From NCBI GenBank assembly GCA_963635575.1, contig CAVHFU010000011.1:1-32000 (forward strand): 32,000 nucleotides of DNA. The letters run 5' to 3'. Position numbers and translations under genes: made by a program. Of the stretch, positions 23,886 to 32,000 are shown in pieces. The notes below the pieces were generated by a model, which did not search any database, was not told the origin of the DNA, and saw only the letters and a program-made list of their open reading frames with translations. This DNA is from a bacterium. GTDB taxonomy: Bacteria; Bacillota; Clostridia; TANB77; RGIG9151. The number at the start of each line of letters is the position of its first letter. Position 1 is the first letter of the stretch.

Positions 23886-24575
23886 ATGATGAAATTAAAA
23901 GAAGTTTTTCGTGAAGTATTAATTGGAATTTTACCTATTGCATTTGTTATAACTATATTGCAGTTTACTATTACACCGGTGGCGATGGAAACTTATTTGA
24001 CGTTCCTATGGTGTACAGCTTTTGTAATTATTGGTTTGTTTTTATTTCTTATTGGAATTCAATATGGTTTTTTAGAGGCGGGAGAAAGTATAGGACGAGC
24101 TACCGTAAAACTGGGTAAAATGCGTTGGATATTGTTTATTACTATTTTATTGGGTTTTGGTGTTACTCTGCTTGAACCTGATGTTCAGGTTTTTAGTAAT
24201 CAGGCGGCAGACTTGATTGAAAGTGTAAATGGTGAAACTTTATGTACGGTTATTGCAGTAGGAGTGGGGCTTTTTGTAGGAATTGCGTTTTTGAGGATGT
24301 TCTTAAATATTTCTATAAAATACATATTAATAGCGGGATATTTATTGGTTTTTGGATTGGTAGCTATTTGTCCGCCGGATTTGGCAGCTGCTGCGTTTGA
24401 TGCGGGTGGAGCTACGACAGGGGCACTTACAGTTCCTTTTTTATTATCATTATCGATGGGTGTGTCGTCAATGCTTAGTCGCAAGAAGGAATCGTCTGAT
24501 AGCTTTGGAATAATCGGTATAGCTTCACTTGGACCGATTTTAAGCATTTTACTTATGGGGGTGATTAATCGATGA
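23886..24575 (+). CDS. DUF1538 family membrane protein
   Basis: Polytopic protein with the motifs GFGVTLLEPDVQVF and AAAFDAGGATTGALTVPFLLSLSMG...FGIIGIASLGPILSILLMG, characteristic of DUF1538. Confidence 0.75.
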   Translation: MMKLKEVFREVLIGILPIAFVITILQFTITPVAMETYLTFLWCTAFVIIGLFLFLIGIQYGFLEAGESIGRATVKLGKMRWILFITILLGFGVTLLEPDVQVFSNQAADLIESVNGETLCTVIAVGVGLFVGIAFLRMFLNISIKYILIAGYLLVFGLVAICPPDLAAAAFDAGGATTGALTVPFLLSLSMGVSSMLSRKKESSDSFGIIGIASLGPILSILLMGVINR

Positions 24576-25291
24576 TAGAGAAATTTTTGGAAGTTTCTTT
24601 TAATTGCTTTATTTCGATTTTACCTTTACTAATTACATTTATATTATTTCAGATATTTTTCATTAAAATGTCGCGTAAGAAGTTTTTTAGTGTATTAACA
24701 GGTATTTTGATTGCTTTTATAGGAATTGTATTTATGATTTTTGGCCTGGAAGCTGGGTTTGTTCCGATAGGACGAGCCATGGGAATTGAATTTGCCGGTT
24801 TATCATATAATTGGATTATAGTTCCTATAAGTTTTATACTTGGCTTTTTCATAACTAAAGTCGAACCTTCGGTTAATGTTTTGGTGAATGATGTTGACAG
24901 GGAGACTAGTGGTGCGGTTAATAAAAAGGTACTTACTTATACTTTGGCAGTTGGAGTTGGGCTTTCTTTAGCATTAGCAATGCTTAAGATAATTCTTGGA
25001 ATTTCATTGTGGTATATTGTTGTGCCGGGGTATGTAATCTGCTTAATACTTACATTTTTCTCGGGCGAAAGATTTACAGCCCTTGCGTTTGATGCGGGTG
25101 GAGTTACAACAGGGGTAATGACAAGTACATTTTTGCTTGCTATGGCACTTGGACTTGCAGAAGGGTTGCCCGGAGCTAATCCGGCTACTGATGGCTTTGG
25201 ACTTATTGCCATAGTTGCTATGACACCGATATTATTGGTTATGTTACTTGGGAAAATATATGAAGGTAAAAAGAGAAAGGGGAAGAAGTAA
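24572..25291 (+). CDS. DUF1538 family membrane protein (paralogue)
   Basis: It overlaps the upstream gene by 4 nt. The motifs are KVEPSVNVLVND and ALAFDAGGVTTGVMTSTFLLAMALG...FGLIAIVAMTPILLVMLLG. Confidence 0.75.
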   Translation: MIEKFLEVSFNCFISILPLLITFILFQIFFIKMSRKKFFSVLTGILIAFIGIVFMIFGLEAGFVPIGRAMGIEFAGLSYNWIIVPISFILGFFITKVEPSVNVLVNDVDRETSGAVNKKVLTYTLAVGVGLSLALAMLKIILGISLWYIVVPGYVICLILTFFSGERFTALAFDAGGVTTGVMTSTFLLAMALGLAEGLPGANPATDGFGLIAIVAMTPILLVMLLGKIYEGKKRKGKK

Positions 25292-25618
25292 ATGTTGGGA
25301 ATTAATGATGGATATGAGTTAATTGTTACTATTGTAGATAAGGGAAATGCAGAAGATGTTATAGAACAAGCTAAAAAAGGCGGTGCAGAAGGCGGAACGA
25401 TTTTGAGCGGAAGAGGTGCCGGAAGTAATGATACAGCCAAGATTTTAGGAATTTTAATTGAACCTGAAAAGGATGTTGTACTTACTTTAATTGAAAAGAG
25501 CAAAACAAAAGATGTGCTTGAATATATTGCAGAAGGATTGGAATTAGATAAACCAGGGAAGGGAATAGCGTTTGTTGTGAATGTTCCTAAGGTTGTAGGA
25601 ATAGTTCATAAACAATAA
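25292..25618 (+). CDS. P-II family (nitrogen-regulator-like) small signalling protein
   Basis: 108 aa, with its ATG directly abutting the upstream stop. It has a beta-alpha-beta pattern with GGAEGGTILSGRGAGS (T-loop-like region) and GKGIAFVVNV. Confidence 0.7.
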   Translation: MLGINDGYELIVTIVDKGNAEDVIEQAKKGGAEGGTILSGRGAGSNDTAKILGILIEPEKDVVLTLIEKSKTKDVLEYIAEGLELDKPGKGIAFVVNVPKVVGIVHKQ

Positions 25619-25641
25619 AATTATTTAGGAGAGGCGTAACA

Positions 25642-27795
25642 ATGGATTTTATACAAGAACAATTAAAAAATGAATTTAATTTAAGAGAATTTCAAGTTAA
25701 AAATACAATAGAATTAATAGATGGTGGAAATACAATTCCTTTTATTGCGAGATACAGAAAGGAAGCAACAGGCGAGTTAAGTGATGAAGTCTTAAGAGAT
25801 TTTTACGATAGACTTATATATCTTAGAAAACGTGAAGAGCGTAAAGAGGAAATAATTCGTTTAATTGATGAACAAGGCAAATTAACTGATGAATTAAAAA
25901 CTCAAATAGAAAAAGCTGAAACCATGACTGAAGTTGAGGATCTATATCGCCCGTATAAGCAAAAGAAGAGAACTAGAGCGACAATTGCAAAAGAAAAGGG
26001 ATTAGAACCACTAGCAATAATTATTAAAGAACAAAAAAATCATTCTGGCGATAAGTTAGAAATTGCCAGTCAATTTGTTAATGAAAAAAATGGTGTATCT
26101 TCTAGTGAGGATGCAATAAATGGTGCGTTAGATATTATTGCCGAGGAAATTTCGGATAATGCTGATTTTCGTAAGGAAATAAGAAAGATGACCCTTGATA
26201 AAGGAATGCTTGTGTCTACTGCAAGTAAGCCTGAAGAGAAAACTGTGTATGAGATGTATTACGATTTTTCAGAACCGCTTAGCAAGATTCCAAGCCATAG
26301 AGTTTTAGCTATAAATCGTGGTGAAAACGAGGGAGTATTAAAAGCAAAAGTAGATATTGAGCCTGAAGAAATTATAAGCTTTTTGGAGGCTAATGTAATA
26401 ATCGGAGATAGTATTTTTAAGGACGAACTTAAAAATTGTATAATGGACTCATATAAGAGATTAATTTCTCCTTCCATTGAAAATGAAATTCGTAATGATT
26501 TAACTGAAAATGCGGATGAAAAGGCAATTCGTGTGTTTGGTGTAAATATAAAGAACTTACTTCTTCAAGCACCACTAAAGAATATGACTGTCATGGGTTT
26601 TGACCCCGCTTATAGGACAGGCTGCAAGATTGCTGTTATTGATGAAACAGGAAAGCTTTTAGCTACAACTACGGTATACCCAACAATGCCACAAAATGAT
26701 GTTGAAGGAGCTAAGAAAACATTAAAAGAACTTATAAAAAAACATAATGTAAATATGATAGCGATAGGGAACGGAACTGCTTCTAGGGAATCTGAACAGT
26801 TTGTTGCGGATATGTTAAAAGAGATAAAAGAAGAGGTTTATTACACTATTGTAAGTGAGGCCGGTGCATCTGTTTACTCTGCATCTAAACTTGCAACGGA
26901 AGAATATCCGGACATAAATGTTTCGCTTAGAGGTGCTATTTCTATTGCAAGAAGACTTCAAGATCCTTTGGCTGAACTTGTGAAGATAGACCCTAAGAGT
27001 ATTGGGGTTGGTCAATATCAACATGATGTAAATCAAAAAAGATTGGATGAAGCGCTAACAGGTGTGGTAGAAGATGCCGTTAACAAGGTTGGAGTTAATT
27101 TAAATACTGCAACTCCGTCTCTTCTTAAATATATTTCCGGAATAAGTAAGACAATTGCAGGAAACATAGTAAAATACCGTGAAGAAAAGGGTAAGTTTAA
27201 GAGCAGGAAAGAGTTGCTTAAGGTTAGCAAATTAGGTCCGGCTGCATTCACTCAATGTTCAGGGTTTTTAAGAATTCCTGGAGGAGCTAATCCGTTAGAT
27301 AATACGTCTGTTCACCCTGAGTCTTATGAAGTGGCTGAAAAAATATTGGAAAAAATGGGATATGATTTAAAGAGTTTTGCAAGTGTGGATAGGAATGAAT
27401 TAGCTATAAAATTAAGCACGTTAAATGTAAATGATGTTGCGAAGGAATTAAATGTTGGTCTGCCGACTGTTACAGATATAATAAAAGAACTTCAAAAGCC
27501 GGGCAGAGACCCTAGAGAAGATATGCCAAAGCCTATTTTAAGAAGTGATGTATTAAAGATTGATGATTTAAAAGAGGGGATGGTACTAAAAGGCACAGTA
27601 AGAAATGTTATTGATTTTGGAGCTTTTGTAGATATTGGAATTAAAAATGACGGATTAGTACATATTTCTGAAATGAGTGAAAACTATGTAAAAAATCCTA
27701 TGGATGTTGTTTCTGTTGGAGATATCGTAAATGTACGAGTAATAAAAATTGATTTGGAAAAAGGAAAAGTTGGACTTAGTATGAAGGGGTGCTAA
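25642..27795 (+). CDS. tex: Tex-like transcription accessory protein (YqgF/HhH/S1 domains)
   Basis: 717 aa. The N-terminus is EFQVKNTIELIDGGNTIPFIARYRKEATG. A YqgF-like core is present (MGFDPAYRTGCKIAVID). The C-terminal S1 domain reads GMVLKGTVRNVIDFGAFVDIG...GLVHISEMS. Confidence 0.95.
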   Translation: MDFIQEQLKNEFNLREFQVKNTIELIDGGNTIPFIARYRKEATGELSDEVLRDFYDRLIYLRKREERKEEIIRLIDEQGKLTDELKTQIEKAETMTEVEDLYRPYKQKKRTRATIAKEKGLEPLAIIIKEQKNHSGDKLEIASQFVNEKNGVSSSEDAINGALDIIAEEISDNADFRKEIRKMTLDKGMLVSTASKPEEKTVYEMYYDFSEPLSKIPSHRVLAINRGENEGVLKAKVDIEPEEIISFLEANVIIGDSIFKDELKNCIMDSYKRLISPSIENEIRNDLTENADEKAIRVFGVNIKNLLLQAPLKNMTVMGFDPAYRTGCKIAVIDETGKLLATTTVYPTMPQNDVEGAKKTLKELIKKHNVNMIAIGNGTASRESEQFVADMLKEIKEEVYYTIVSEAGASVYSASKLATEEYPDINVSLRGAISIARRLQDPLAELVKIDPKSIGVGQYQHDVNQKRLDEALTGVVEDAVNKVGVNLNTATPSLLKYISGISKTIAGNIVKYREEKGKFKSRKELLKVSKLGPAAFTQCSGFLRIPGGANPLDNTSVHPESYEVAEKILEKMGYDLKSFASVDRNELAIKLSTLNVNDVAKELNVGLPTVTDIIKELQKPGRDPREDMPKPILRSDVLKIDDLKEGMVLKGTVRNVIDFGAFVDIGIKNDGLVHISEMSENYVKNPMDVVSVGDIVNVRVIKIDLEKGKVGLSMKGC

Positions 27796-27796
27796 T

Positions 27797-28489
27797 ATGG
27801 TATTATCTTCGTTTGTATTAAAAATTATAGCGATATTTTCGATGACATATGATCATGCAATAAAAATTCTTCCCGGATTATCTAAACTTCCGTTTGAATT
27901 TTGGATTCCGGGGAGAGTAGCTTTTCCATTATTTTGCTTTTTGTTAATTGAGGGAGTTGTGCATACGAGAAGTATAAAAAAATATGCCATTAGTATAGGC
28001 ATATTTGCAATAATTTCCGAATTTGTATATGATTTTGTGTTCCATAATACGTTTTTAGACTTTTCAACTCAAAATGTGCTTTTTGAATTGCTATTGGGAT
28101 TACTGGTTGTATGGCTTTATAAAGTGTTAAAAGAAAAGCAAAAAGGAGAGTTTATAATTTTTCCTCTGCTTTTTGCGATTGTGCTTGCTACTGTATTGAA
28201 CTTAGATTACGGGATGGGCGGTATACTTTGTATTTCCCTATTCTATGTCGGATATGACAAGAAGGGATTTACAAAATATTTAATATACTTTTTTGCAATA
28301 CTTATGACGGCAACAAATATTCAAAACACATTAGTTATGGCATTGCAATTGTATAGTTTACTTGCGTTATTTCCAATATCTTTATATAACGGAAAACTAG
28401 GGTACAAGTTTAACAAATATGTATTTTATGCTTTTTATCCGGTTCATTTACTAATTTTATATGCAATAAGATTACTTATGTTACATTAA
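27797..28489 (+). CDS. TraX-family membrane protein
   Basis: 230 aa and polytopic. The N-terminal motif is LKIIAIFSMTYDHAIKIL, and the C-terminal motif FYAFYPVHLLIL is typical of the TraX family. The ATG lies 1 nt after the tex stop. Confidence 0.7.
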   Translation: MVLSSFVLKIIAIFSMTYDHAIKILPGLSKLPFEFWIPGRVAFPLFCFLLIEGVVHTRSIKKYAISIGIFAIISEFVYDFVFHNTFLDFSTQNVLFELLLGLLVVWLYKVLKEKQKGEFIIFPLLFAIVLATVLNLDYGMGGILCISLFYVGYDKKGFTKYLIYFFAILMTATNIQNTLVMALQLYSLLALFPISLYNGKLGYKFNKYVFYAFYPVHLLILYAIRLLMLH

Positions 28490-29061
28490 ATCATATGTTC
28501 AATGAAGATTTTTAATCCTATTAAAATTAAAATAACACCACCGAAAATTTTGGCTTTTTCTTCTAAGAGATGGCCAAATTTTTTACCTATATAGTTACCG
28601 ATAAGGCAGGTAACAAATGTTACTAAGCAAATGTTTGTTGCTGCAAATAATATGTTTATTTTTAATGCAGCAAAACTTATTCCGACGGCTAAAGCATCAA
28701 CGCTGGTTGCAACACCCTGAAGTAACATAACTTTTAATGAATATTCTTTTTTAAGTACTTCATCTTTTTCATCATTTTTTAATTCGCGTATAGCGTCTAT
28801 AATCATATTAGTTCCGATAAAAGCAAGCAAGATAAAAGCTATCCAATGGTCATACGAGGATATTAAATCAAAGAACATATTTCCGGCAAAGAAGCCGATT
28901 GTTGGCATAATTCCTTGGAAAATTCCGAAAGTTAAAGATGATAAAAACATATGCGATTTCTTAAAATTCTTATAGAAAAGCCCATTAGAAATAGAAACAG
29001 CAAAGGCGTCCATAGACAAACCTAGCGCAATTAAAAATAAAGTGAAAAATTCCATAAACAT
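28486..29061 (-). CDS. mntP: Manganese efflux pump MntP (DUF204 duplication)
   Basis: 191 aa with six TM helices. It has duplicated motifs LSMDAFAVSISNG and TSVDALAVGISFA, and an AAGGAG RBS. Confidence 0.85.
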   Translation of the reverse strand: MFMEFFTLFLIALGLSMDAFAVSISNGLFYKNFKKSHMFLSSLTFGIFQGIMPTIGFFAGNMFFDLISSYDHWIAFILLAFIGTNMIIDAIRELKNDEKDEVLKKEYSLKVMLLQGVATSVDALAVGISFAALKINILFAATNICLVTFVTCLIGNYIGKKFGHLLEEKAKIFGGVILILIGLKIFIEHMI

Positions 29062-29287
29062 TAACTCCTTGTATTATCATTTTATTTGTATTATTATTTT
29101 AAATGTATTGGGAGCATATATCAAGTTAATTTTATTAAAAAAGTTGGAAAGGTATTAAAAAATATTAGAAGAGAACATTAACTTGTTTTTTCACCAAGTC
29201 AAACAAAAAATTATATAATATTGTAATTTGGTGGCGAATAAGGTAAAATGAAATAGCACAACGATAAAATCCGAGGAGGGGTTCAAT

Positions 29288-30307
29288 TTGAAATTTAAAA
29301 GTATAGTAGTTATGGCAGGTATAGTAATAGGCTGTATGTCTGTTTCAAGTGCATTTACAGATATGCCAGAAGATCATTGGGCATATGATAAGGTAGAGGA
29401 AATGACATCTAAGGGAATAATAACGGGATATACAGACGGAACATTTAAGCCAAATAGAGAAGTAACGCGAGAAGAGTTCGCTACCATTTTAACAAAAGCA
29501 TTAGATTTAGAAACTATTGGTGAAATAGTAAACTTTAGAGATGTAGAAGACTCTAGATGGTCAAAGAAGTATATTGATGCGTCAAGTAGATATTTAACCG
29601 GATATTTGAATAATGGAAACTATTATTTCGCTCCTAGTTCTTATGCAGTAAGAGAAGATATGGCTGTAGCTGTAGTAAAAGCTAAGGGGTTAGACGATGT
29701 GACACCTGATTATTCTGTATTAGATAGATTTAGTGATAAGGATAAGATATCTGAAAAATTAAAGAAGTATATTGCAATTGCAGTAGAAAATGGCATAATG
29801 AATGGAAATGCGAACGGAACTTTCAATCCATTAGGAAATTTAACAAGAGCAGAAATAACAGCTCTTATGTCTAATGTGATGGAGAAAGTAGTAATAGACG
29901 ATGAAGTAGGACAAGAGCATGTACATGAATTAGCAACAAAGTACATATATAAAAGTGAGACAAGCCATACAGAAGAAAAATACTGTAAAACTTGTGGAGA
30001 AGTTATAGAGTCAAAGTTAAAAGCACATACTTTTGAAGATGACGAATGTGAATGTGGATACGAAAGAGAACATACCCACGAACTTAGAACTAAATATGTA
30101 AATAAAGATGCAACAAGCCATATAGAGCAAGAATATTGTGAAAAATGTGATGAGGTAGTAAATGAGAAAACAGTGATTCATGAATATGAATACGACGAAT
30201 GTGTAAAATGTGGATATGAAAGGGAATTAGTTGAAGCAGAACTAATAAAACCAACTCCTGATGCAGAATTACCGGTTCAACCAAAGCCAACACCGGAAGT
30301 ACAATAA
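29288..30307 (+). CDS. SLH-domain cell-wall-anchored protein with a Cys-rich C-terminal repeat region
   Basis: TTG start with a GAGGAGGGG RBS, then a signal peptide. Three SLH-like repeats are present (FTDMPEDHWAYDKVEEMTSKGIITGYTDGTFKPNREVTREEFATIL, FRDVEDSRWSKKYI..., FSDKDKISEKLKKYIAIAVENGIMNGNANGTFNPLGNLTRAEITAL). Two ~50-aa tetracysteine repeats and a Pro-rich tail follow. Confidence 0.85.
   Translation: MKFKSIVVMAGIVIGCMSVSSAFTDMPEDHWAYDKVEEMTSKGIITGYTDGTFKPNREVTREEFATILTKALDLETIGEIVNFRDVEDSRWSKKYIDASSRYLTGYLNNGNYYFAPSSYAVREDMAVAVVKAKGLDDVTPDYSVLDRFSDKDKISEKLKKYIAIAVENGIMNGNANGTFNPLGNLTRAEITALMSNVMEKVVIDDEVGQEHVHELATKYIYKSETSHTEEKYCKTCGEVIESKLKAHTFEDDECECGYEREHTHELRTKYVNKDATSHIEQEYCEKCDEVVNEKTVIHEYEYDECVKCGYERELVEAELIKPTPDAELPVQPKPTPEVQ
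29915..30228 (+). repeat. Tandem ~150-nt coding repeat (2 units) inside the SLH gene
   Basis: Unit 1 is HVHELATKYIYKSETSHTEEKYCKTCGEVIESKLKAHTFEDDECECGYERE. Unit 2 is HTHELRTKYVNKDATSHIEQEYCEKCDEVVNEKTVIHEYEYDECVKCGYERE. Each unit has CxxC...CxCG. Confidence 0.85.
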
Positions 30308-30317
30308 AATTAAATGT

Positions 30318-30349
30318 AAAACCTGTCGCGAGCCGGCAGGTTTTATTTT
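30318..30349 (+). terminator. Rho-independent terminator
   Basis: A GC-rich hairpin AAAACCTG...CAGGTTTT is followed by a T-rich tail. Confidence 0.75.
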
Positions 30350-30391
30350 GGGTAAGTTACACGAAAAGAAAGATTTAAATATATATTTTTG

Positions 30392-30420
30392 TTGCTAAAA
30401 GTAAATAAATTAGATAGAAT
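30392..30420 (+). promoter_or_regulatory. Candidate sigmaA promoter for rbr
   Basis: TTGCTA, a 17-nt spacer, then TAGAAT, about 35 nt upstream of the GAGGAGGAG RBS. Confidence 0.45.
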
Positions 30421-30455
30421 AATTTTGTAAAATAAAAAAGAGGAGGAGTGGTATT

Positions 30456-30995
30456 ATGGAATTAAAGGGCAGTAAAACAGAAGCGAATTTAATGACTGCA
30501 TTTGCAGGAGAAAGTCAAGCTAGAAATAAATATACTTATTTTGCATCAAAGGCTAGAAAAGAAGGATTTAATCAAATTGCCGATATTTTTGAAGAAACAG
30601 CCGGAAATGAAAAGGAACACGCAAAATTATGGTTTAAGCTATTACATAACGGAGAAATCCCTACAACAGAAGAAAATTTGTTGGCTGCTGCTGAAGGTGA
30701 AAACTATGAATGGACAGATATGTACGATGAGTTTGCTAAAACGGCAAAAGAAGAAGGATTCACAAGAATTGCTTACTTATTTGAAGCTGTTGGTAAAATA
30801 GAAAAGGAACACGAAGAAAGATATAGAGCTTTGCTTGAAAATGTTAAGGCAGGAAAAGTATTTAACAAAGAAGGAAAAGTGGCTTGGGTTTGTCAAAATT
30901 GTGGACATATCCATTTTGGAGAATCTGCTCCGGAAGTATGCCCTGTTTGTTTACATCCAAAGGCATTTTTTGAAGTAAAGGCTACAAATTATTAA
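30456..30995 (+). CDS. rbr: Rubrerythrin
   Basis: It has the di-iron four-helix motifs ([31 protein letters not shown]) and a C-terminal rubredoxin-like CQNCGH...CPVCLHP. Confidence 0.95.
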   Translation: MELKGSKTEANLMTAFAGESQARNKYTYFASKARKEGFNQIADIFEETAGNEKEHAKLWFKLLHNGEIPTTEENLLAAAEGENYEWTDMYDEFAKTAKEEGFTRIAYLFEAVGKIEKEHEERYRALLENVKAGKVFNKEGKVAWVCQNCGHIHFGESAPEVCPVCLHPKAFFEVKATNY

Positions 30996-31028
30996 TATAA
31001 CTAAAGACTAGCATATTGGAGGCGGGTT

Positions 31029-31697
31029 ATGGGACTTGTTGAGAATATAAAAACATATATGGAGCAAAGTAGCGAAAGAAAGCTATTTAGTAAAAAACTT
31101 GGTGTAAAAGCATGTTGTGTTGAAACTGAAATTTATGATAAAGAATTTTTACAAGAAACCGAACTTACTGCTGAAGCCTATGCTAAAATTTTAGATATGT
31201 ATATTGATGAGATTGTAAATAAAATTGAAAACAATAATTACAAAAAAAGGCAGTTCTTTGAAAAGGTTGGTCAAATCGCGACTGACCTTGTAAAAGGACT
31301 TAGTCGTGAAGAATTAAAAGAAAAAATAGTTGAAGAGATGAACTTGATTTTTCAAGGCAGTAAAGTAAATTGGCAAGAAAAAAGTGCAATGTTTAGGACT
31401 GTCTTTAATGAAATAAAGGCTTGGATAATTACATACGGAATAGATAGACTACTTGAAGATAATGAAAATGTAAGAATGGAAATGAAGCTAGGCATTGATC
31501 AAAAGCGATATGAGGCTATAAAAAGCAAGGGCAAAAAGGAAGTAGATGAAGAAGAAGTAAGAAAAGAAGTGCATATTGCTCAAACTCTTTCGGCCCAAGA
31601 ATTTGAAAATTATAAAAATATTGACTTGTTAAAATCAAGGTTTCAATCATTGCTATTAACAAGTGTAGATGATGAAACAAAAAAAGAGATAGAATAA
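31029..31697 (+). CDS. Hypothetical helical, Glu/Lys-rich cytosolic protein
   Basis: 222 aa with a GGAGGCGGG RBS, 33 nt after rbr. I recognise no family. Confidence 0.55.
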   Translation: MGLVENIKTYMEQSSERKLFSKKLGVKACCVETEIYDKEFLQETELTAEAYAKILDMYIDEIVNKIENNNYKKRQFFEKVGQIATDLVKGLSREELKEKIVEEMNLIFQGSKVNWQEKSAMFRTVFNEIKAWIITYGIDRLLEDNENVRMEMKLGIDQKRYEAIKSKGKKEVDEEEVRKEVHIAQTLSAQEFENYKNIDLLKSRFQSLLLTSVDDETKKEIE

Positions 31698-31717
31698 AAG
31701 ATACAAGCAATAGATAA

Positions 31718-32000
31718 GATGTCTACTATGGATACCAATGAGATTGGAGAGGCACTAAAAGATTTGTACTTTGATTACGAAGTAATTAATAGAAGTGCTT
31801 TACTAGGTAGCTTATATGTACCAAAGAATAATACTGTTATAAACAGAGAAGATGAACTGGGTAATATGTTGGTGCACTTTTTTGACGATTCAAGATCTCT
31901 AAAGCGATTTAATGATATATATAGGTCAAAAATTGTTAAAAGAATAAAACACAGAACCGGCAAGAAAGATGAAAAAGATTTTACGGAATATGAAAAACAA
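31718..32000 (+). CDS. Hypothetical protein, 5' part only (runs off the window)
   Basis: The frame is open from ATG 31718 (MSTMDTNEIGEALKDLYFDYEV...) to the window end with no stop. The gene is not in the supplied track because it is incomplete. The RBS is weak. The minus-strand ORF at 31775..31963 is probably its shadow. Confidence 0.4.

Noticed and set aside
29062-29287. A yybP-ykoY manganese riboswitch might be expected in the mntP leader.
   Set aside because: I read the minus strand of the whole leader and found none of the conserved GGGGAGUAG-type elements. The region is almost pure A/T. I therefore make no riboswitch call.
1-32000. I looked across the whole window for CRISPR arrays, tRNA/rRNA genes, IS elements, toxin-antitoxin pairs and known defence-system genes.
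   Set aside because: I saw no regularly spaced direct repeats, no cloverleaf-like or rRNA-like segments in the intergenic regions, and no transposase-, nuclease- or helicase-like ORFs.

Overview
This is an AT-rich chromosomal segment with Bacillota/Clostridia-type gene content, including pro-sigK, dprA-topA, nfnAB, tex, rubrerythrin and an SLH wall protein. I found no rRNA, tRNA, CRISPR array, transposase or integrase. Most genes are ordinary housekeeping or transport genes: copA, a MATE efflux protein, nfnAB, topA, dprA, sigK, an S1-domain protein, a DUF1538 pair with a PII-like gene, tex, a traX-family gene, mntP and rbr. The exception sits at the centre of the window. A seven-gene plus-strand operon (about 12567-19386) runs from a near-consensus sigmaA promoter to a terminator. 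It carries a Tad/Cpa-type motor and platform: CpaB/RcpC-like, MinD/TadZ-like, CpaF/TadA-like ATPase, TadB-like and TadC-like. It has no Flp-type pilin, no pseudopilins and no prepilin peptidase. In their place, the operon opens with a small protein bearing a Sec signal peptide and two hydrophobic helices, an architecture like VirB2/TrbC conjugative pilins. That gene is followed by its own intrinsic terminator and then by a polytopic membrane protein with a VirB6/TrbL-like topology. I read this as a candidate undescribed chimeric envelope machine, with a Tad motor and a T4SS-like subunit and channel. The calls on the first two genes rest on architecture only and need profile or structure searches. 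Secondary observations are a MATE::cytidylate-kinase-like fusion, a DUF2318-like gene coupled to copA, a leaderless VanY/VanXY-like peptidase, a structured inverted-repeat region upstream of sigK, an orphan replication-relaxation-family gene, and tetracysteine tandem repeats in the SLH protein.
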